DNA from: Myxococcota bacterium
GTDB taxonomy: Bacteria > Myxococcota_A > SURF-8
Length of the DNA: 64,000 bases
NCBI GenBank assembly: GCA_963674735.2
Contig: CAXXQS010000002.1
Span: forward strand, 1-64,000
Direction: 5' to 3'
Part shown: positions 1 to 10,491 of the stretch, piece after piece
How positions within the stretch are numbered: the stretch's first letter is position 1
Layout: each line of letters begins with the position of its first letter
The notes under the pieces: generated by a model
What the model saw: the letters and a program-made list of their open reading frames with translations, nothing else
Told to the model about the DNA's origin: nothing
Databases searched by the model: none
Translations under genes and position numbers: made by a program

Positions 1-37
1 CCCGACTACCTCGCCTGGGTGTTGGAGCAAACCCGCC

Positions 38-361
38 ATGACGGTTGAACGCATATCGCGTGCCGTCGGGAGGCTGGTCCTGCTGCTCCTGCTGGGCGTA
101 CTGCCGCTTTTCAATTGCGGAGACGACGAAACCACCGACACCGAGTACGTCATCGGAGACGGCGATGCGGTGATTTGCGAGCCGGAAAGCCGCAGTTGCA
201 GCCGCAACGACGTGGTCAAATGCAACGCACCCGGCACCGAGTGGATTTTTTTCAAGGAGTGCGGCGAGACCCGCGTCTGTGATCAGGGCGACTGCATCGA
301 CCCGACGCCCGACGGCGACCCCGACGGCGAACTGGAAGATGATGCAGACGAAAACGGTTAA
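38..361 (+). CDS. Small Cys-containing lipoprotein with acidic DGD motifs
   Basis: Signal peptide ending in lipobox-like LPLFNC, a Cys-rich module and a PDGDPDGE tail. Same style as other lipoproteins in the window. Confidence 0.6.
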   Translation: MTVERISRAVGRLVLLLLLGVLPLFNCGDDETTDTEYVIGDGDAVICEPESRSCSRNDVVKCNAPGTEWIFFKECGETRVCDQGDCIDPTPDGDPDGELEDDADENG

Positions 362-377
362 GCAGATCCCAACGGTG

Positions 378-2972
378 ATGCGGACGAAGGTTGAGCGCTT
401 GCGAATCGGTTTTCCAGAAACACGAAAAAGACCGTTGATCATCTGGGTGGTAATCTGTTTTTGCCTCTCGGTATCTACAGGTAGTGCCGCAACCGAAGAG
501 ATTCACTGCCTCGACAATAACAGCACGGAGATTCTGCAGGAGTGGGCGCAAACCCTGCTCAAGCAACCCGAGATGGCTTCCTTCAACGATGTCGATCTAA
601 AAATCGACCGACAATCGGCCACTTTGGTTTTCAAGCAACCCACCACGGCGCAAAATCTCATTTGCCATCTGCATTCGTCCAAGGCAAGTCCCGCACGACC
701 CGAATCGATTGTCATGGGGCCATATCTTCTTGATTTCACAGGAGGTTCCCCCGCGGAGCACCACTCTTTTCTGGAGGTCGTCCATCGTCACCCACCCCCC
801 AACGTATGGGAAACCCGGCATTCTCCAGGTCGGTTGAACCCACGTTTTTCAACAGCGCGTTTATGGACCTGGCTGTTTTTACCCATTCTCCTGTTGCCGA
901 TTCTGTTGCTCACCGTGTGGCTGTTCAAGTGGTGGCGCACGTTGCCACAACACCCCTCCGATCCTGCCGTTTGGCTGGCGTTGGCGATGGCTGCACCGAT
1001 TTTGATTTTCCATCAGATTGCGGCGCTCACCGAACAACAGATTTTCGACAACGACGCCAGCCGCGACTTCATCAATGCCCTTGTCCTGGCGCGAGGGCTG
1101 GAGTTTCCGTTCTTCGGTCCCGCCATATCCAACCTGCACATACACCTCGGCCCACTGTATTCCGGGTTGATCGCCGCCTTAATGGGGTTGAGCGAAACAC
1201 CTCAAACTTTTTTCTTCATCGTCTCCGCCAGCCAACTCGCGACACTGTTTTTAGGTACCCAATTTCTAAAACGCAACGTCGGGCAAGGAGCCGCAATTCT
1301 ATTCTCCTTTCTTTTCGTTTTGCACGCTTACACCATTCAGAAAGTATCTGTTTTCAGTCATAACTACCTTGCTTTTCCCACCGTGCTTCTTCTCGGCTGG
1401 ATTCTGGTCGAACTCAACGAAAACCGACGATTTAAATATCTTCCCCTGGCGGCGTTGCTCTATGGGATTGCCTTGCAATTCTACACTGTTTTCATTTTCC
1501 TTTTTCCGCCTATCGCTTTCCTGTTGTATGGCCTACGAAAATCGATTCCTCGCTCAAAATGGCTCCTTGCCCTTTTGATGTTTATACTTCCCGGACTGTT
1601 CACTTTCGGAACCACAATCGCCAACAGTCTGAGCGAACTTGATGTCCTCGGTAGTTTTTCCACAACGCTTGAAGGATTTGGCGACCTGGGGTTCCATCAT
1701 TATTGCTCGATACTGTTCGATCTGATAAACCAATGGTACGCGGTCCCGGACCGATTCGGAATGTATTTGATACTCACCGGGATTACCGCATCCGCCCTGT
1801 TCACAATCCGGCCATTCCCCGACGATCCGTCTATCAAACGCCACGTACGCCTGGCTCTGTTCGGCAGTCTTCTCTTTCTTTTCTTACTGGGTGCGATTCT
1901 CAGTTCCTATGTGCTATGGCGTTACCTTGCCGTCTTCATTCCGGTTCTCCCGCTTCTGGCAGCCATCGGATTAGCCGATGCATTGCACGCCGTTTTCGGA
2001 CGACATTTCCATTTGAAAAAATGGCAGTCGACCCTCGCTGTAGCGCTGGCCGGGGTGGCCATCTGTGTCGCCGTATGGTGGCACTTTCCTTATCCAGTGG
2101 CGGACACTCGATACAAGGGGTTGGATCTTCGCCACATGCTGACTCTCGCCGAAGATCTTAACGCGCACGGATTCGAAAACTCCGATCAGATCAAGACTCA
2201 TCTGCATGGTCTTCCCATGCATTTCAGCGAGACCAACTTACATAGCTTCCTGCCGTTGTTCGAAGACCATTCATCGATCGGCGGCAGACCCGACCCACCA
2301 GAACAGACGACTAGAAACGGGCTTTCCCAGCCGCAGTTGCCGGAGGTGTGGATCGGTTACCCACCTGCTTCGGCCGCACCAAACACCTTTTCACCGAATT
2401 CAAACGACCGCCCGACACTCCGTTATTACAACGAATCCATCGACTGGACCGATGCTCGTTTCGTTCTTGGCACTCAAACGATGAACCGAATGGATTTAGA
2501 AAACGAAGGGATCCAAATCGCGCGGCGCGGAACCGAAATCACCCCGCTTTACTGGCTGTTGGTACAAGTACGGTCCCAAGACTCCACCATCATTCCAATA
2601 GAAATGGATGTAGAAAACAGCCATCGTTTGTCTCTGGTCATGCCCCTCCCGGCAACCGGAAACCTCCTGCGATTGCTCACCGATGCAAATTGCGAATTCC
2701 AAATTTCCGTAGACGGCAAGGTTCTCTCGACCGACCATCTTCAGACCGTGAAGAATCCCCTCGACCGATCCCTGCAACAGGTCACCTTCACCCCTACCCG
2801 GGGTCAGGAATTGACGATCGATTTCAACGACGAGACCTGCCCATTGAACAACTTCGATCTTTTCGTGCCGCCTTCCGATCTTGAAGACAAGCCGACCATC
2901 AGCGATAATCCGCAGCCCGACAACGTCGAGAATAGCAGCGCCGCAAGCGACGCAATCCAATCTCCCCCATAA
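378..2972 (+). CDS. Polytopic membrane protein, GT-C (ArnT/PMT-like) glycosyltransferase-like, with extracytoplasmic domains
   Basis: Many hydrophobic segments. A DNDASRD...FPFFGP...HLGPLY loop typical of GT-C-like proteins. Start uncertain (ORF open from 279). Confidence 0.55.
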   Translation: MRTKVERLRIGFPETRKRPLIIWVVICFCLSVSTGSAATEEIHCLDNNSTEILQEWAQTLLKQPEMASFNDVDLKIDRQSATLVFKQPTTAQNLICHLHSSKASPARPESIVMGPYLLDFTGGSPAEHHSFLEVVHRHPPPNVWETRHSPGRLNPRFSTARLWTWLFLPILLLPILLLTVWLFKWWRTLPQHPSDPAVWLALAMAAPILIFHQIAALTEQQIFDNDASRDFINALVLARGLEFPFFGPAISNLHIHLGPLYSGLIAALMGLSETPQTFFFIVSASQLATLFLGTQFLKRNVGQGAAILFSFLFVLHAYTIQKVSVFSHNYLAFPTVLLLGWILVELNENRRFKYLPLAALLYGIALQFYTVFIFLFPPIAFLLYGLRKSIPRSKWLLALLMFILPGLFTFGTTIANSLSELDVLGSFSTTLEGFGDLGFHHYCSILFDLINQWYAVPDRFGMYLILTGITASALFTIRPFPDDPSIKRHVRLALFGSLLFLFLLGAILSSYVLWRYLAVFIPVLPLLAAIGLADALHAVFGRHFHLKKWQSTLAVALAGVAICVAVWWHFPYPVADTRYKGLDLRHMLTLAEDLNAHGFENSDQIKTHLHGLPMHFSETNLHSFLPLFEDHSSIGGRPDPPEQTTRNGLSQPQLPEVWIGYPPASAAPNTFSPNSNDRPTLRYYNESIDWTDARFVLGTQTMNRMDLENEGIQIARRGTEITPLYWLLVQVRSQDSTIIPIEMDVENSHRLSLVMPLPATGNLLRLLTDANCEFQISVDGKVLSTDHLQTVKNPLDRSLQQVTFTPTRGQELTIDFNDETCPLNNFDLFVPPSDLEDKPTISDNPQPDNVENSSAASDAIQSPP

Positions 2973-2980
2973 ACGAAGAA

Positions 2981-3000
2981 CGGAGGCCCGAAGGCCTCCG
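2981..3000. terminator. Hairpin between convergent genes
   Basis: cggaggcc-cgaa-ggcctccg, an 8-bp stem. Confidence 0.5.
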
Positions 3001-3029
3001 CGTCCCCAATCCCCCCACCGTGACGGTGG

Positions 3030-4118
3030 CTACGCGGGGTTCTTTTTCACGAAATCGTGCATGAAGTCCACCAGGCACGCCACGTTTTCAACCGGCATCC
3101 CGTTGTAAAGCGAGGCGCGGCACTTGCCGAACATGAAGTGACCCGCCAGGCCCCACATGCCGGCCGCTTTGGCGTCGGCGGCGAATTTCTTGTCCAGTTC
3201 CGCCGTGGGAAGCTGGAAACACACGCTGGTGCGCGACCGATCCTCGCGAGCGGCCGGACACTGATAGTAGTCGGCGTAGGTGTCGATAACCTCGTACACC
3301 ATGTTGGCACGCGTATCGGCGTTTTTGTCCATGGCGTCGAGACCACCCTGATCGCGCGTCCATTCGAGGAACAGTTTCATGTAGGCGATGCAGAACATGG
3401 GCGGCGTGTTGTACAGGCTGTTGTGCTCGTCGTGGATTTTGTATTGCAAATACGCCGGGATATCCGTGCGCGAGGCCTCCAGGATATCTTTGCGCACGAT
3501 CACGACCGCCATTCCGGCCGGGCCGAGGTTTTTGGTCATACCGGCAAAGGCCATGCCGATGCGCGACCAGTCCACGCGGCGCGTGAGAATATCGGAACTC
3601 ATGTCGGCGAAGATCGGTACGTCCCCGGTTTCGGGCAAGGCATGATACTCGGTGCCGACGATGGTGTTATTGGTGGTGATCCACAGGTAGCGCGCGTCGG
3701 GATTGACGGCAAACCCTTTGGGGATGTGGTGGTACTGGTCGTCTTTACTCGACGCGATCACGCGCGCATCGCCCACGCGGGCGGCGTCTTCGATGGCCTT
3801 GATGGACCAGAAGCCGGTTTCCACGAACTCGGCGAACTGGCCGGGCTTGATCACGTTCATGGGAGCCATGGCGAACTGCAGGGTTCCGCCGCCGCCCAAC
3901 ATCAACACCCGGTGGGTGTCTTTCGGGATCTCGAACACCTCATGCATCAGATCGATGGCGGCGTTGTGGATATCCTCGAAATACGGTGTGCGGTGGCTGA
4001 TCTCCCACAACGACATGCCGGTGTTCTGGTAGTCCAGAGTCTCCGCATAAAGTTTTTCGGTGCACTCGAAAGGCAAGGTGCAGGGACCGGGAAAGAAATT
4101 GATGGCACGCTCAGACAT
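3030..4118 (-). CDS. serC: Phosphoserine aminotransferase-like (class V PLP) enzyme with atypical substrate site
   Basis: Motifs NFFPGP, EISHR, GGGTLQF, DMSSD, KNLGPAG (PLP Lys), YNTPP and RASLYN. ATG at 4118 preceded by GAGGAG. Confidence 0.8.
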   Translation of the reverse strand: MSERAINFFPGPCTLPFECTEKLYAETLDYQNTGMSLWEISHRTPYFEDIHNAAIDLMHEVFEIPKDTHRVLMLGGGGTLQFAMAPMNVIKPGQFAEFVETGFWSIKAIEDAARVGDARVIASSKDDQYHHIPKGFAVNPDARYLWITTNNTIVGTEYHALPETGDVPIFADMSSDILTRRVDWSRIGMAFAGMTKNLGPAGMAVVIVRKDILEASRTDIPAYLQYKIHDEHNSLYNTPPMFCIAYMKLFLEWTRDQGGLDAMDKNADTRANMVYEVIDTYADYYQCPAAREDRSRTSVCFQLPTAELDKKFAADAKAAGMWGLAGHFMFGKCRASLYNGMPVENVACLVDFMHDFVKKNPA

Positions 4119-4239
4119 TATAAACTCCTCTATCCGAACGCATTTCGTCGATGCGTCGTGAATTATTGAGCACACTCCCATCCGGCGTTTTCGATGGACC
4201 GGATGGGAGCGGCATATGTATGTGAACTGGCGCCTGTTC

Positions 4240-5970
4240 CTATTTCGCGCGCAGGTGCGCGTATTTATCGAGATGACGCTCGGGCATGTTCAGCGCATCG
4301 CGACGGAACGGCTCGGCCAACACTTCCTTACCACCTTGGATGATGGCGTTGATCACGCAGGGACGTCCCGACGCCACGGCGTCGCGCACCACGTCCTGAA
4401 CTTCGTTATAATCTTCCACCTTGTAACCCTTGGCGCCCATGTCTTCGGCCAGTTTGGCGTAATCGGGGTTGGTGGGCAGGTTGGAGCCCACATAACGGTC
4501 GTCGTAGTAATCGACCTGATTCTTCTTCTCCGCGCCCCACTCGAAGTTGTTGGCCACCACCGCGATCACCGGGATGTTCTCGCGTACGGCGGTCATCACT
4601 TCGGCCAAGCCGCCGATGCCGTAAGCGCCGTCGCCCTGGAAGGCGAAAACCGGCGCATCGGGACGCGCCACTTTGGCACCCAGCGCCGCGCCGTAAGCGA
4701 AGCCGCAGTTGCCCCAGGACAGCGCCGAGATGTGCTGGCGGATGCCGTTGAAGCGGAAGTAGGAATTGGCCATGGAGGAGTTGTTGCCGATGTCGGTGGA
4801 GACGATCGAACCTTCGGGCATGGCCAGTCCCAGCTCGCGCAGGAAGCGGCGCGGATGCATGAGTTTATTGGTCGAGGTGGACCAGCCTTCCAGTTCCGTA
4901 TTCCACACGCCCTTTTCTTTCTCCACATCGCCCATGCGCTCGGCGTTCGGGGTCAGACCCGGTTTGAGCGTCTTCACGGCGGTCAGCACTTCGCGGGCGA
5001 ACTCGGCGGCGTCGCCGCACACGGCCACGTCCACGCGGCGCGAGAGACCCAGCACCTTGGCGTCCACGTCCACCTGGATGATCTTGGCGTTTTCGGGCCA
5101 GTAGGTCATGTCATACTGCGGCAGGGTACCGAACGGTCCGAGGCGCGAACCCAGCGCCAGCACCACGTCGGCCTTGGCGATGGTACGCATGGCGGCCTTC
5201 GAACCGCAGTAGCCGATGGGACCGCAGCACAGGGAATGATTGGCCGGGAAAGAGTCGTTGTGCAGATAGCTGTTGCACACCGGAGCCGTCAGGTATTCGG
5301 CCAGCGCGGCCGTCTCGGCCAGGGCGTCGCCCTGGGAAACGCCGCCGCCCGCCAGGATCACGGGGTACTTGGCTTCGGCGAGCAGCTTGGCCGCTTCGTC
5401 GAGGTACTCGCGGGAGCCGGGACCGCGTTTGATCACGGGGCTGGTGTAGATTTCGTCGGTGCAGGTGCCGTAGAAGTAGTCACGCGGAATATTGAGCTGC
5501 GTGGGACCGTTTTCGAGTTTGGCCATGTAGAAGCTGCGGCGGGCCAGTTCGGCCATACGCTCGGGGCGGTTGACGCGCACCTGATAGACGGTCTGGCGAC
5601 GGAACATGGCCATTTGGTCGAGTTCCTGGAAGCCGCCGGTGCCGATGCCCATGGAGCCGGTCTCGGGGGTGATGGTAACCACCGGGGAGTGGGCCCAGTA
5701 GGCGGCGGTAATGGCGGAGGCGAAGTTGGCCGCGCCGGGACCGTTCTGCGCAATACAGGCCTGCGGACGACCGGTGATGCGCGCCATGGCGTCGGCGGCG
5801 TGCGCGGCGGCCTGCTCGTGGGCCACCGGAATGAAGCGGATACCCGCGGCCGGGAAGAGGTCGAGGGCGTCCATGAAGGCCGAACCGACGATACCGAATA
5901 CGTCGGTGACACCTTCGGCGACCAGGGTCTCGACCAGGGCTTCACTGGGGGTCATTTTCACTTTGCTCAT
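4240..5970 (-). CDS. xsc: Sulfoacetaldehyde acetyltransferase (ThDP-dependent)
   Basis: MTPSEALVETL...FGIVGSAFMDALDLFPAAGIRF, QNGPG, ThDP motif GDGA...NN, WGAEKKNQ and EPFRRDAL, all characteristic of Xsc. Confidence 0.9.
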   Translation of the reverse strand: MSKVKMTPSEALVETLVAEGVTDVFGIVGSAFMDALDLFPAAGIRFIPVAHEQAAAHAADAMARITGRPQACIAQNGPGAANFASAITAAYWAHSPVVTITPETGSMGIGTGGFQELDQMAMFRRQTVYQVRVNRPERMAELARRSFYMAKLENGPTQLNIPRDYFYGTCTDEIYTSPVIKRGPGSREYLDEAAKLLAEAKYPVILAGGGVSQGDALAETAALAEYLTAPVCNSYLHNDSFPANHSLCCGPIGYCGSKAAMRTIAKADVVLALGSRLGPFGTLPQYDMTYWPENAKIIQVDVDAKVLGLSRRVDVAVCGDAAEFAREVLTAVKTLKPGLTPNAERMGDVEKEKGVWNTELEGWSTSTNKLMHPRRFLRELGLAMPEGSIVSTDIGNNSSMANSYFRFNGIRQHISALSWGNCGFAYGAALGAKVARPDAPVFAFQGDGAYGIGGLAEVMTAVRENIPVIAVVANNFEWGAEKKNQVDYYDDRYVGSNLPTNPDYAKLAEDMGAKGYKVEDYNEVQDVVRDAVASGRPCVINAIIQGGKEVLAEPFRRDALNMPERHLDKYAHLRAK

Positions 5971-6671
5971 GCTCGTCTCCTTTTCGGCGTCGTACGCCGG
6001 TATATGCAAAACATACGTGTTTGAAGCGCCGTGCAGACACACGAAAACGTTCCATTCTCAACAATGGCGCCCAACACCTCGATTAAATGCCAGATCGGTC
6101 ACGCCGTGAAAAGCGGCGCGGCCGTTGATTTCAAGCGAATTCACACGCGCGGAATCCTTATTGAATTCCGCCGGGATCGCGCTCGTCGCACCATTCCTTA
6201 CCGGAGGACGGTTCGGCGGGCATGAGAAGATAGTTGGAGCGCCGGAAGGCGGCGCAAAGGGAGGAGACGTCGCGGTGTTGCGGACACGGATGAACGGGCG
6301 GCGCAGCCTGTAGCCCCAACTTGCATAGGCTTGGATGACGCATAACCGTTTTGGCTCCTAGATGCGGTCTGAGGGTATCGGACCGAAACTGCAAACAGAC
6401 GATCCCGTGGGCGGACCGCGACCTCTTGAATTTTATCATTCGGGGATTTTTTCGTTTGTGTCAAGCAAATTCCGGCAAGCATCGAAAATAGCTTGCCTAT
6501 ACCTAGCCGAAGTGGCGGCCACATACAGGCGACAGAGTCGTGCAAATACTCGATCACCCTTCATGTTGGAGCACGTCTCGCTTGTCGGTGCAGAACTCCC
6601 ACCCGGTTATGGTAATATTGTATGTTGGAGCGCCTCTCCAGACGGGCTCCTCTATCTTTACCGCCTCACGC

Positions 6672-7232
6672 CTACGCGTTTTTGCGCAGCACCGCCCCCA
6701 GGCTGCGGGAACCGGGGAAATCCGCTTCGTAGGTATAGCCGATAGACTGCGCGTGGTCGAGAATGGCGCGGTAGTCCTGCTCGTCCACGTGGAACTTCGG
6801 CTCCGAGAAAATGAAATATCCGCCCGGTTTCAACAGGGCGTGAATCTGCTCGATGAAGCGCGGCGGATCGGGGGTTTCGTGCACCACGTACATCGCCAGC
6901 GCCACGTCCACCTGTCCGTTGAGATCGTCGCAGCCGAGGGCGTCGCCGGGACAGGTCCGCAGGTCGAGACGGTCGAGCAGTTTGGCACGGCGGGCGCGTT
7001 TACGCAGCGTTTCCAGCATGCGCGGTTGCAGATCCACACAGACCACCCGTCCCTCGGGTCCGACCAGCTTGGCGGCGGGCAGGCTGAAATAGCCCATGGC
7101 GCAACCGAGATCGGCCACCGTCATCCCGGAACGTACATAGGGTTTGAGAATCTTGTCGTGGTGTTCGACTAGCTTACGCAACGGGCTCGCCAACAGGTAA
7201 CCCACCCACCAGGGACAGACATGATCGGCCAT
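6672..7232 (-). CDS. Class I SAM-dependent methyltransferase
   Basis: HVCPWW N-terminus, VADLGCAMGYF SAM motif and LLKPGG. Confidence 0.85.
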   Translation of the reverse strand: MADHVCPWWVGYLLASPLRKLVEHHDKILKPYVRSGMTVADLGCAMGYFSLPAAKLVGPEGRVVCVDLQPRMLETLRKRARRAKLLDRLDLRTCPGDALGCDDLNGQVDVALAMYVVHETPDPPRFIEQIHALLKPGGYFIFSEPKFHVDEQDYRAILDHAQSIGYTYEADFPGSRSLGAVLRKNA

Positions 7233-7413
7233 GCTTACCTCCTATGATTCACGATCCGACGGTTGATGAACACCGCCGCCGGTCCGAAACGTCACCCGCT
7301 TCCGGCACGCTTCGACCTCCTATTTATTCGTCGAATATTCCGCCGCCATTATTGCCTGTTTATGATAGCATGAGTTAAATTTTCGTTCGACCTTTCATGA
7401 AGAGGAGTCCGCC

Positions 7414-8646
7414 ATGCCCGCCGTATCGTCCACCGTTTCGAGCGACCGCGATTATGTCAAAACGCTGATCGAGACTCTCGTGCGCGAGTGTCCGCGCCGC
7501 GCCCCGGCCAGCGACGACGAACGCCGCGCGCAGGAAATGATGGAAGTCGAGATGAAGGCGGCCGGCTTGACGGTCGACCGTCACGCTTTCACCTTCGGCA
7601 CCAACCTCTACGCCAACATCGCCCTGCACTTCGGACTGGGGTCTTTCGGCACCCTGATTTCCGGTGTCTTTCCGCTGGGCGGCCTGCTTTTGCATGGGTT
7701 GGCGGCGGGCAGCTATTGGGCCGAATCGACGCGCCGGGCTTACCTGCTGCGCCGTCTGCTGGGCTTCAAACCTTCGCAGAATATTCTGGGGGTTTTACCC
7801 GCCGAGGGTGGCGAACCCAAGCTGCGCATCGTCGTTTTGGGTCACGCCGACGCCGCCTATACCGGCTTTCTGTTCAGTGAACGCATGGTGAAGATGGCGG
7901 CCAAGTCGAACATCCACGCGCTGAAGCGCTCCATGGCGCTCACCACCCACAGCATGGCCGCGTTGATGGGCTTCGACGCCCTGCGCCTGTTGTTCGGACC
8001 GCTCACCTGGCCCCTGCGTCCCATCGAATACGCCCTGACCGTCCCGAGTTTCCTGGCCTTCGTGCTGAACATGGAAGCGGTCTTGCGCAATGAAATCGTA
8101 CCCGGCGCCAACGACAACCTGAGCGGCACCGCTGCGCTACCCATTCTGGCCAAGCGTCTGGCCAAGTCCAAACCGGCGGACGTCGAGCTGGTGTTCGGCG
8201 TCACCGGCTGCGAGGAAGCCAGCCTGGGCGGAGCCGACGCCCTGGCCCGCGACATGGAGGGCGTGTGGGACAAGTCAAAGACCGTGATACTGGGTCTCGA
8301 TACGCTGACCAACGGCGAGCTGCAATATGTGGAGATCGAAGGCGAAGTCACCCCCATGCCGATTCCGGCCTGGCTGAAAGACACACTCGACCACACGGCC
8401 GCCTCCGAGCCGCGTTTCAATCCGGTCAAAGGTTTCGAAATCCCGGTGGGCGGCACCGACGTGGCGGCTTTCCTGGCGCATGGCTGGGAAGGGGTTTGTC
8501 TGACGGCCCTCGATCCGGAGTTGGGCGCGCCGCGCCACTACCATCTGCCCAGCGACACCCCCGAAAACCTCGACCTCGACCAACTCATGCTGAGCATCGA
8601 CTTCGCCGAACAGTTGATCCGCGAGATCATGAAGCGGCGGGGATAA
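7414..8646 (+). CDS. M28 family peptidase, membrane-associated
   Basis: GHAD, GANDNLSG, GCEE, D and YHLPSD metal-ligand motifs. GAGGAG RBS. Confidence 0.8.
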   Translation: MPAVSSTVSSDRDYVKTLIETLVRECPRRAPASDDERRAQEMMEVEMKAAGLTVDRHAFTFGTNLYANIALHFGLGSFGTLISGVFPLGGLLLHGLAAGSYWAESTRRAYLLRRLLGFKPSQNILGVLPAEGGEPKLRIVVLGHADAAYTGFLFSERMVKMAAKSNIHALKRSMALTTHSMAALMGFDALRLLFGPLTWPLRPIEYALTVPSFLAFVLNMEAVLRNEIVPGANDNLSGTAALPILAKRLAKSKPADVELVFGVTGCEEASLGGADALARDMEGVWDKSKTVILGLDTLTNGELQYVEIEGEVTPMPIPAWLKDTLDHTAASEPRFNPVKGFEIPVGGTDVAAFLAHGWEGVCLTALDPELGAPRHYHLPSDTPENLDLDQLMLSIDFAEQLIREIMKRRG

Positions 8647-8685
8647 GCAAGCGTGACGGTCGGATAGGCGGCGCAGATGGCAGAC

Positions 8686-8715
8686 AAAAAAAATCCCCCG
8701 GACTGAGCCGGGGGA
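8686..8715 (-). terminator. Intrinsic terminator of the fmdB-like/sufE/maoC-like transcript
   Basis: A8 tract followed by the hairpin tcccccgg-actgag-ccggggga, i.e. a U-tract after the stem on the minus strand. Confidence 0.7.
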
Positions 8716-8721
8716 GTCGAT

Positions 8722-9588
8722 TCAATCCTTCAGCTTGATCGTGCCGTTTTTCAAAACGGCCTTGCCCTTGGCGTTTTGCACCTCGAAGGGAATCGCGCCG
8801 TTTTGCTCGGGATAGCCCACCAGGGTGAGCGTATCGCCGGGGTAGGTCATGGCGGCAAAGCGCGCGTCCACCTCGGCCAGGCGGCGCACGTCGCCCGCCA
8901 CCAGTTCGGAAGCCAAATTACCGGTAGCCATCGCCAGGGTGCACATGCCATGCAGAATGGTCCGGGGCAGGCCCGCCATTTTGGCCATGAGGTTGCTTTT
9001 GTGGATGAAGTTGTGATCGCCCGAGGCGTCGGCGTAGCGTAGCGCCTGATCGGGAGCGGTGGGCATCTCGCGCGTGAAGGCCGGTTCCGGCTTGGCGGCC
9101 GCCGGTTTGGCTTCCTTCTTTCCGCCACCGCCACCGCCGCGCACCAGCAGCCCCACCCGCGCCTCGCCCATCAGGTCGCCCGCGCGCGTGATACCGAAAT
9201 CCACATTCATCAGTTCCCCCGCAGGGGTGTCGAGAATCTCGGTGATGGTCATGGAGGCGTCGAGTTCGTCGCCCACCTGCACCCAGTCCATGAAGCGAAT
9301 CACCTGCTGGCCGTGGACCATGCGCAACAGGTTGAGATTGGCCTCGCGGTGGGTGAGCAGTTTGAGCAGAAGGGGATGGATCAGCCGCGCCATGAAAAGC
9401 GGCGGGATCAGGCCTTCATCGTAGAGCGGATTGGGATCGTTGGTCGCGGCGGCGTAGGCCTTGAGATCCGCCAGTTGCACCACCCCCAGCCGTTCGCTGA
9501 ACTGCTGCCCGACCACCTCGCGGTTGAGTCCGCGCGCCTTGCGGCTGCGCAGGATGGCCCACAAGAGCTGTCCGTTGCTCACACCCAT
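8722..9588 (-). CDS. MaoC-family double hot-dog (R)-enoyl-CoA hydratase/dehydratase
   Basis: YAAATNDPNP, VHGQQ and YADASGDHNFIH...ILHGMC motifs. RBS AAGGAGG before ATG 9588. Confidence 0.8.
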   Translation of the reverse strand: MGVSNGQLLWAILRSRKARGLNREVVGQQFSERLGVVQLADLKAYAAATNDPNPLYDEGLIPPLFMARLIHPLLLKLLTHREANLNLLRMVHGQQVIRFMDWVQVGDELDASMTITEILDTPAGELMNVDFGITRAGDLMGEARVGLLVRGGGGGGKKEAKPAAAKPEPAFTREMPTAPDQALRYADASGDHNFIHKSNLMAKMAGLPRTILHGMCTLAMATGNLASELVAGDVRRLAEVDARFAAMTYPGDTLTLVGYPEQNGAIPFEVQNAKGKAVLKNGTIKLKD

Positions 9589-9716
9589 CGCTCCCTCCTT
9601 CCCGTCTGTCACATCATGAATGAAGTCGGCACGCCGTCGCGGTGAACGCGGGGCGGCATATGCCCCCTGTGTAAACCGTTTTGCGTGAAAACTCAACCGG
9701 AAAATGGGGGAAGCGT

Positions 9717-10157
9717 TCAGGTTTCCCGTTGGGCAACCCAGGCCGCCTGGGCATGGCCGCGAATGCGGGCGATCATGCCGTGGAGTCCGTTGCGACGTTG
9801 GGACGTCACCACTTCTCCCAACTTGAGACGCGCGATCAAGGGTTCGATTTGAATTTCGAGGATTTCCCGGGGGGTGTGGCCGTTGAAAATCAGCAGTAGC
9901 AGCCCGGCCAGTCCTTTGATGAACTCGGCGTCGCTATCCACGCGAAAACGCAGGCGCGCCTCGTCCTGCGGATCGGCCTCGGCCACCAGCCACACATTGC
10001 TCATGCAACCCTGCACCCGGTTGGCGTCGCAGTGTTCGTCCTCGCTGAGCGGATCGAGATCGCGCCCCAATTCCATCATGTACTGCAGGCGCTCCAGCCG
10101 ATCGTCGATGAAGGCCAGATCTTCCAAAACACGTTCGAGGGAATTCGACGCAGACAC
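9717..10157 (-). CDS. sufE: SufE-family sulfur acceptor protein
   Basis: RVQGCMSNVW, DSDAEFIKGL and SQRRNGL motifs. GTG start after AAGGAGAGG. Confidence 0.85.
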   Translation of the reverse strand: MSASNSLERVLEDLAFIDDRLERLQYMMELGRDLDPLSEDEHCDANRVQGCMSNVWLVAEADPQDEARLRFRVDSDAEFIKGLAGLLLLIFNGHTPREILEIQIEPLIARLKLGEVVTSQRRNGLHGMIARIRGHAQAAWVAQRET

Positions 10158-10245
10158 GCCCTCTCCTTTCCGCATAGACAAACAATACTGCGACTATAGA
10201 GAGATCCGCCCCGGTTCCTATTCCGGGCAACACCGACGATAGTCG

Positions 10246-10491
10246 TCAGGATTTCCGCTCGTGGCAACACGCGCAACCGCCCGGATGCCCGGAAGCCACA
10301 TCACCGCCGATGCCGCAGGTGGCCGCACCGCTCCCGCAGGGGGCTTGCGCCTGGCCGCCGACCGCGAAAGCCGAAAACAAACGCTCGGCCCGCCCGGCCC
10401 CGCATTCGCACGACACATTATCCTCGTCGAACTTGGCGAGGCGCTCGAAAGTTCGTCCGCAACTGATACACTGATATTCATAAATCGGCAT
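10246..10491 (-). CDS. FmdB-family zinc-ribbon protein
   Basis: MPIYEYQCISCGRTFE...CECG...RLFSAF, with a Cys-rich tail. Confidence 0.85.
   Translation of the reverse strand: MPIYEYQCISCGRTFERLAKFDEDNVSCECGAGRAERLFSAFAVGGQAQAPCGSGAATCGIGGDVASGHPGGCACCHERKS

Noticed and set aside
4216-6024. Long antisense ORFs (also 3057-4169, 14168-15433, 19991-22048, 33804-35222, 48553-50400, 52990-54459, 55670-57271, 61581-63404)
   Set aside because: Shadow ORFs opposite well-supported genes, expected from GC-rich codon bias, with no recognisable motifs.
5971-6671. Riboswitch or ncRNA in the 700-bp region upstream of xsc
   Set aside because: No recognisable aptamer or ncRNA consensus, and the short ORFs lack support.
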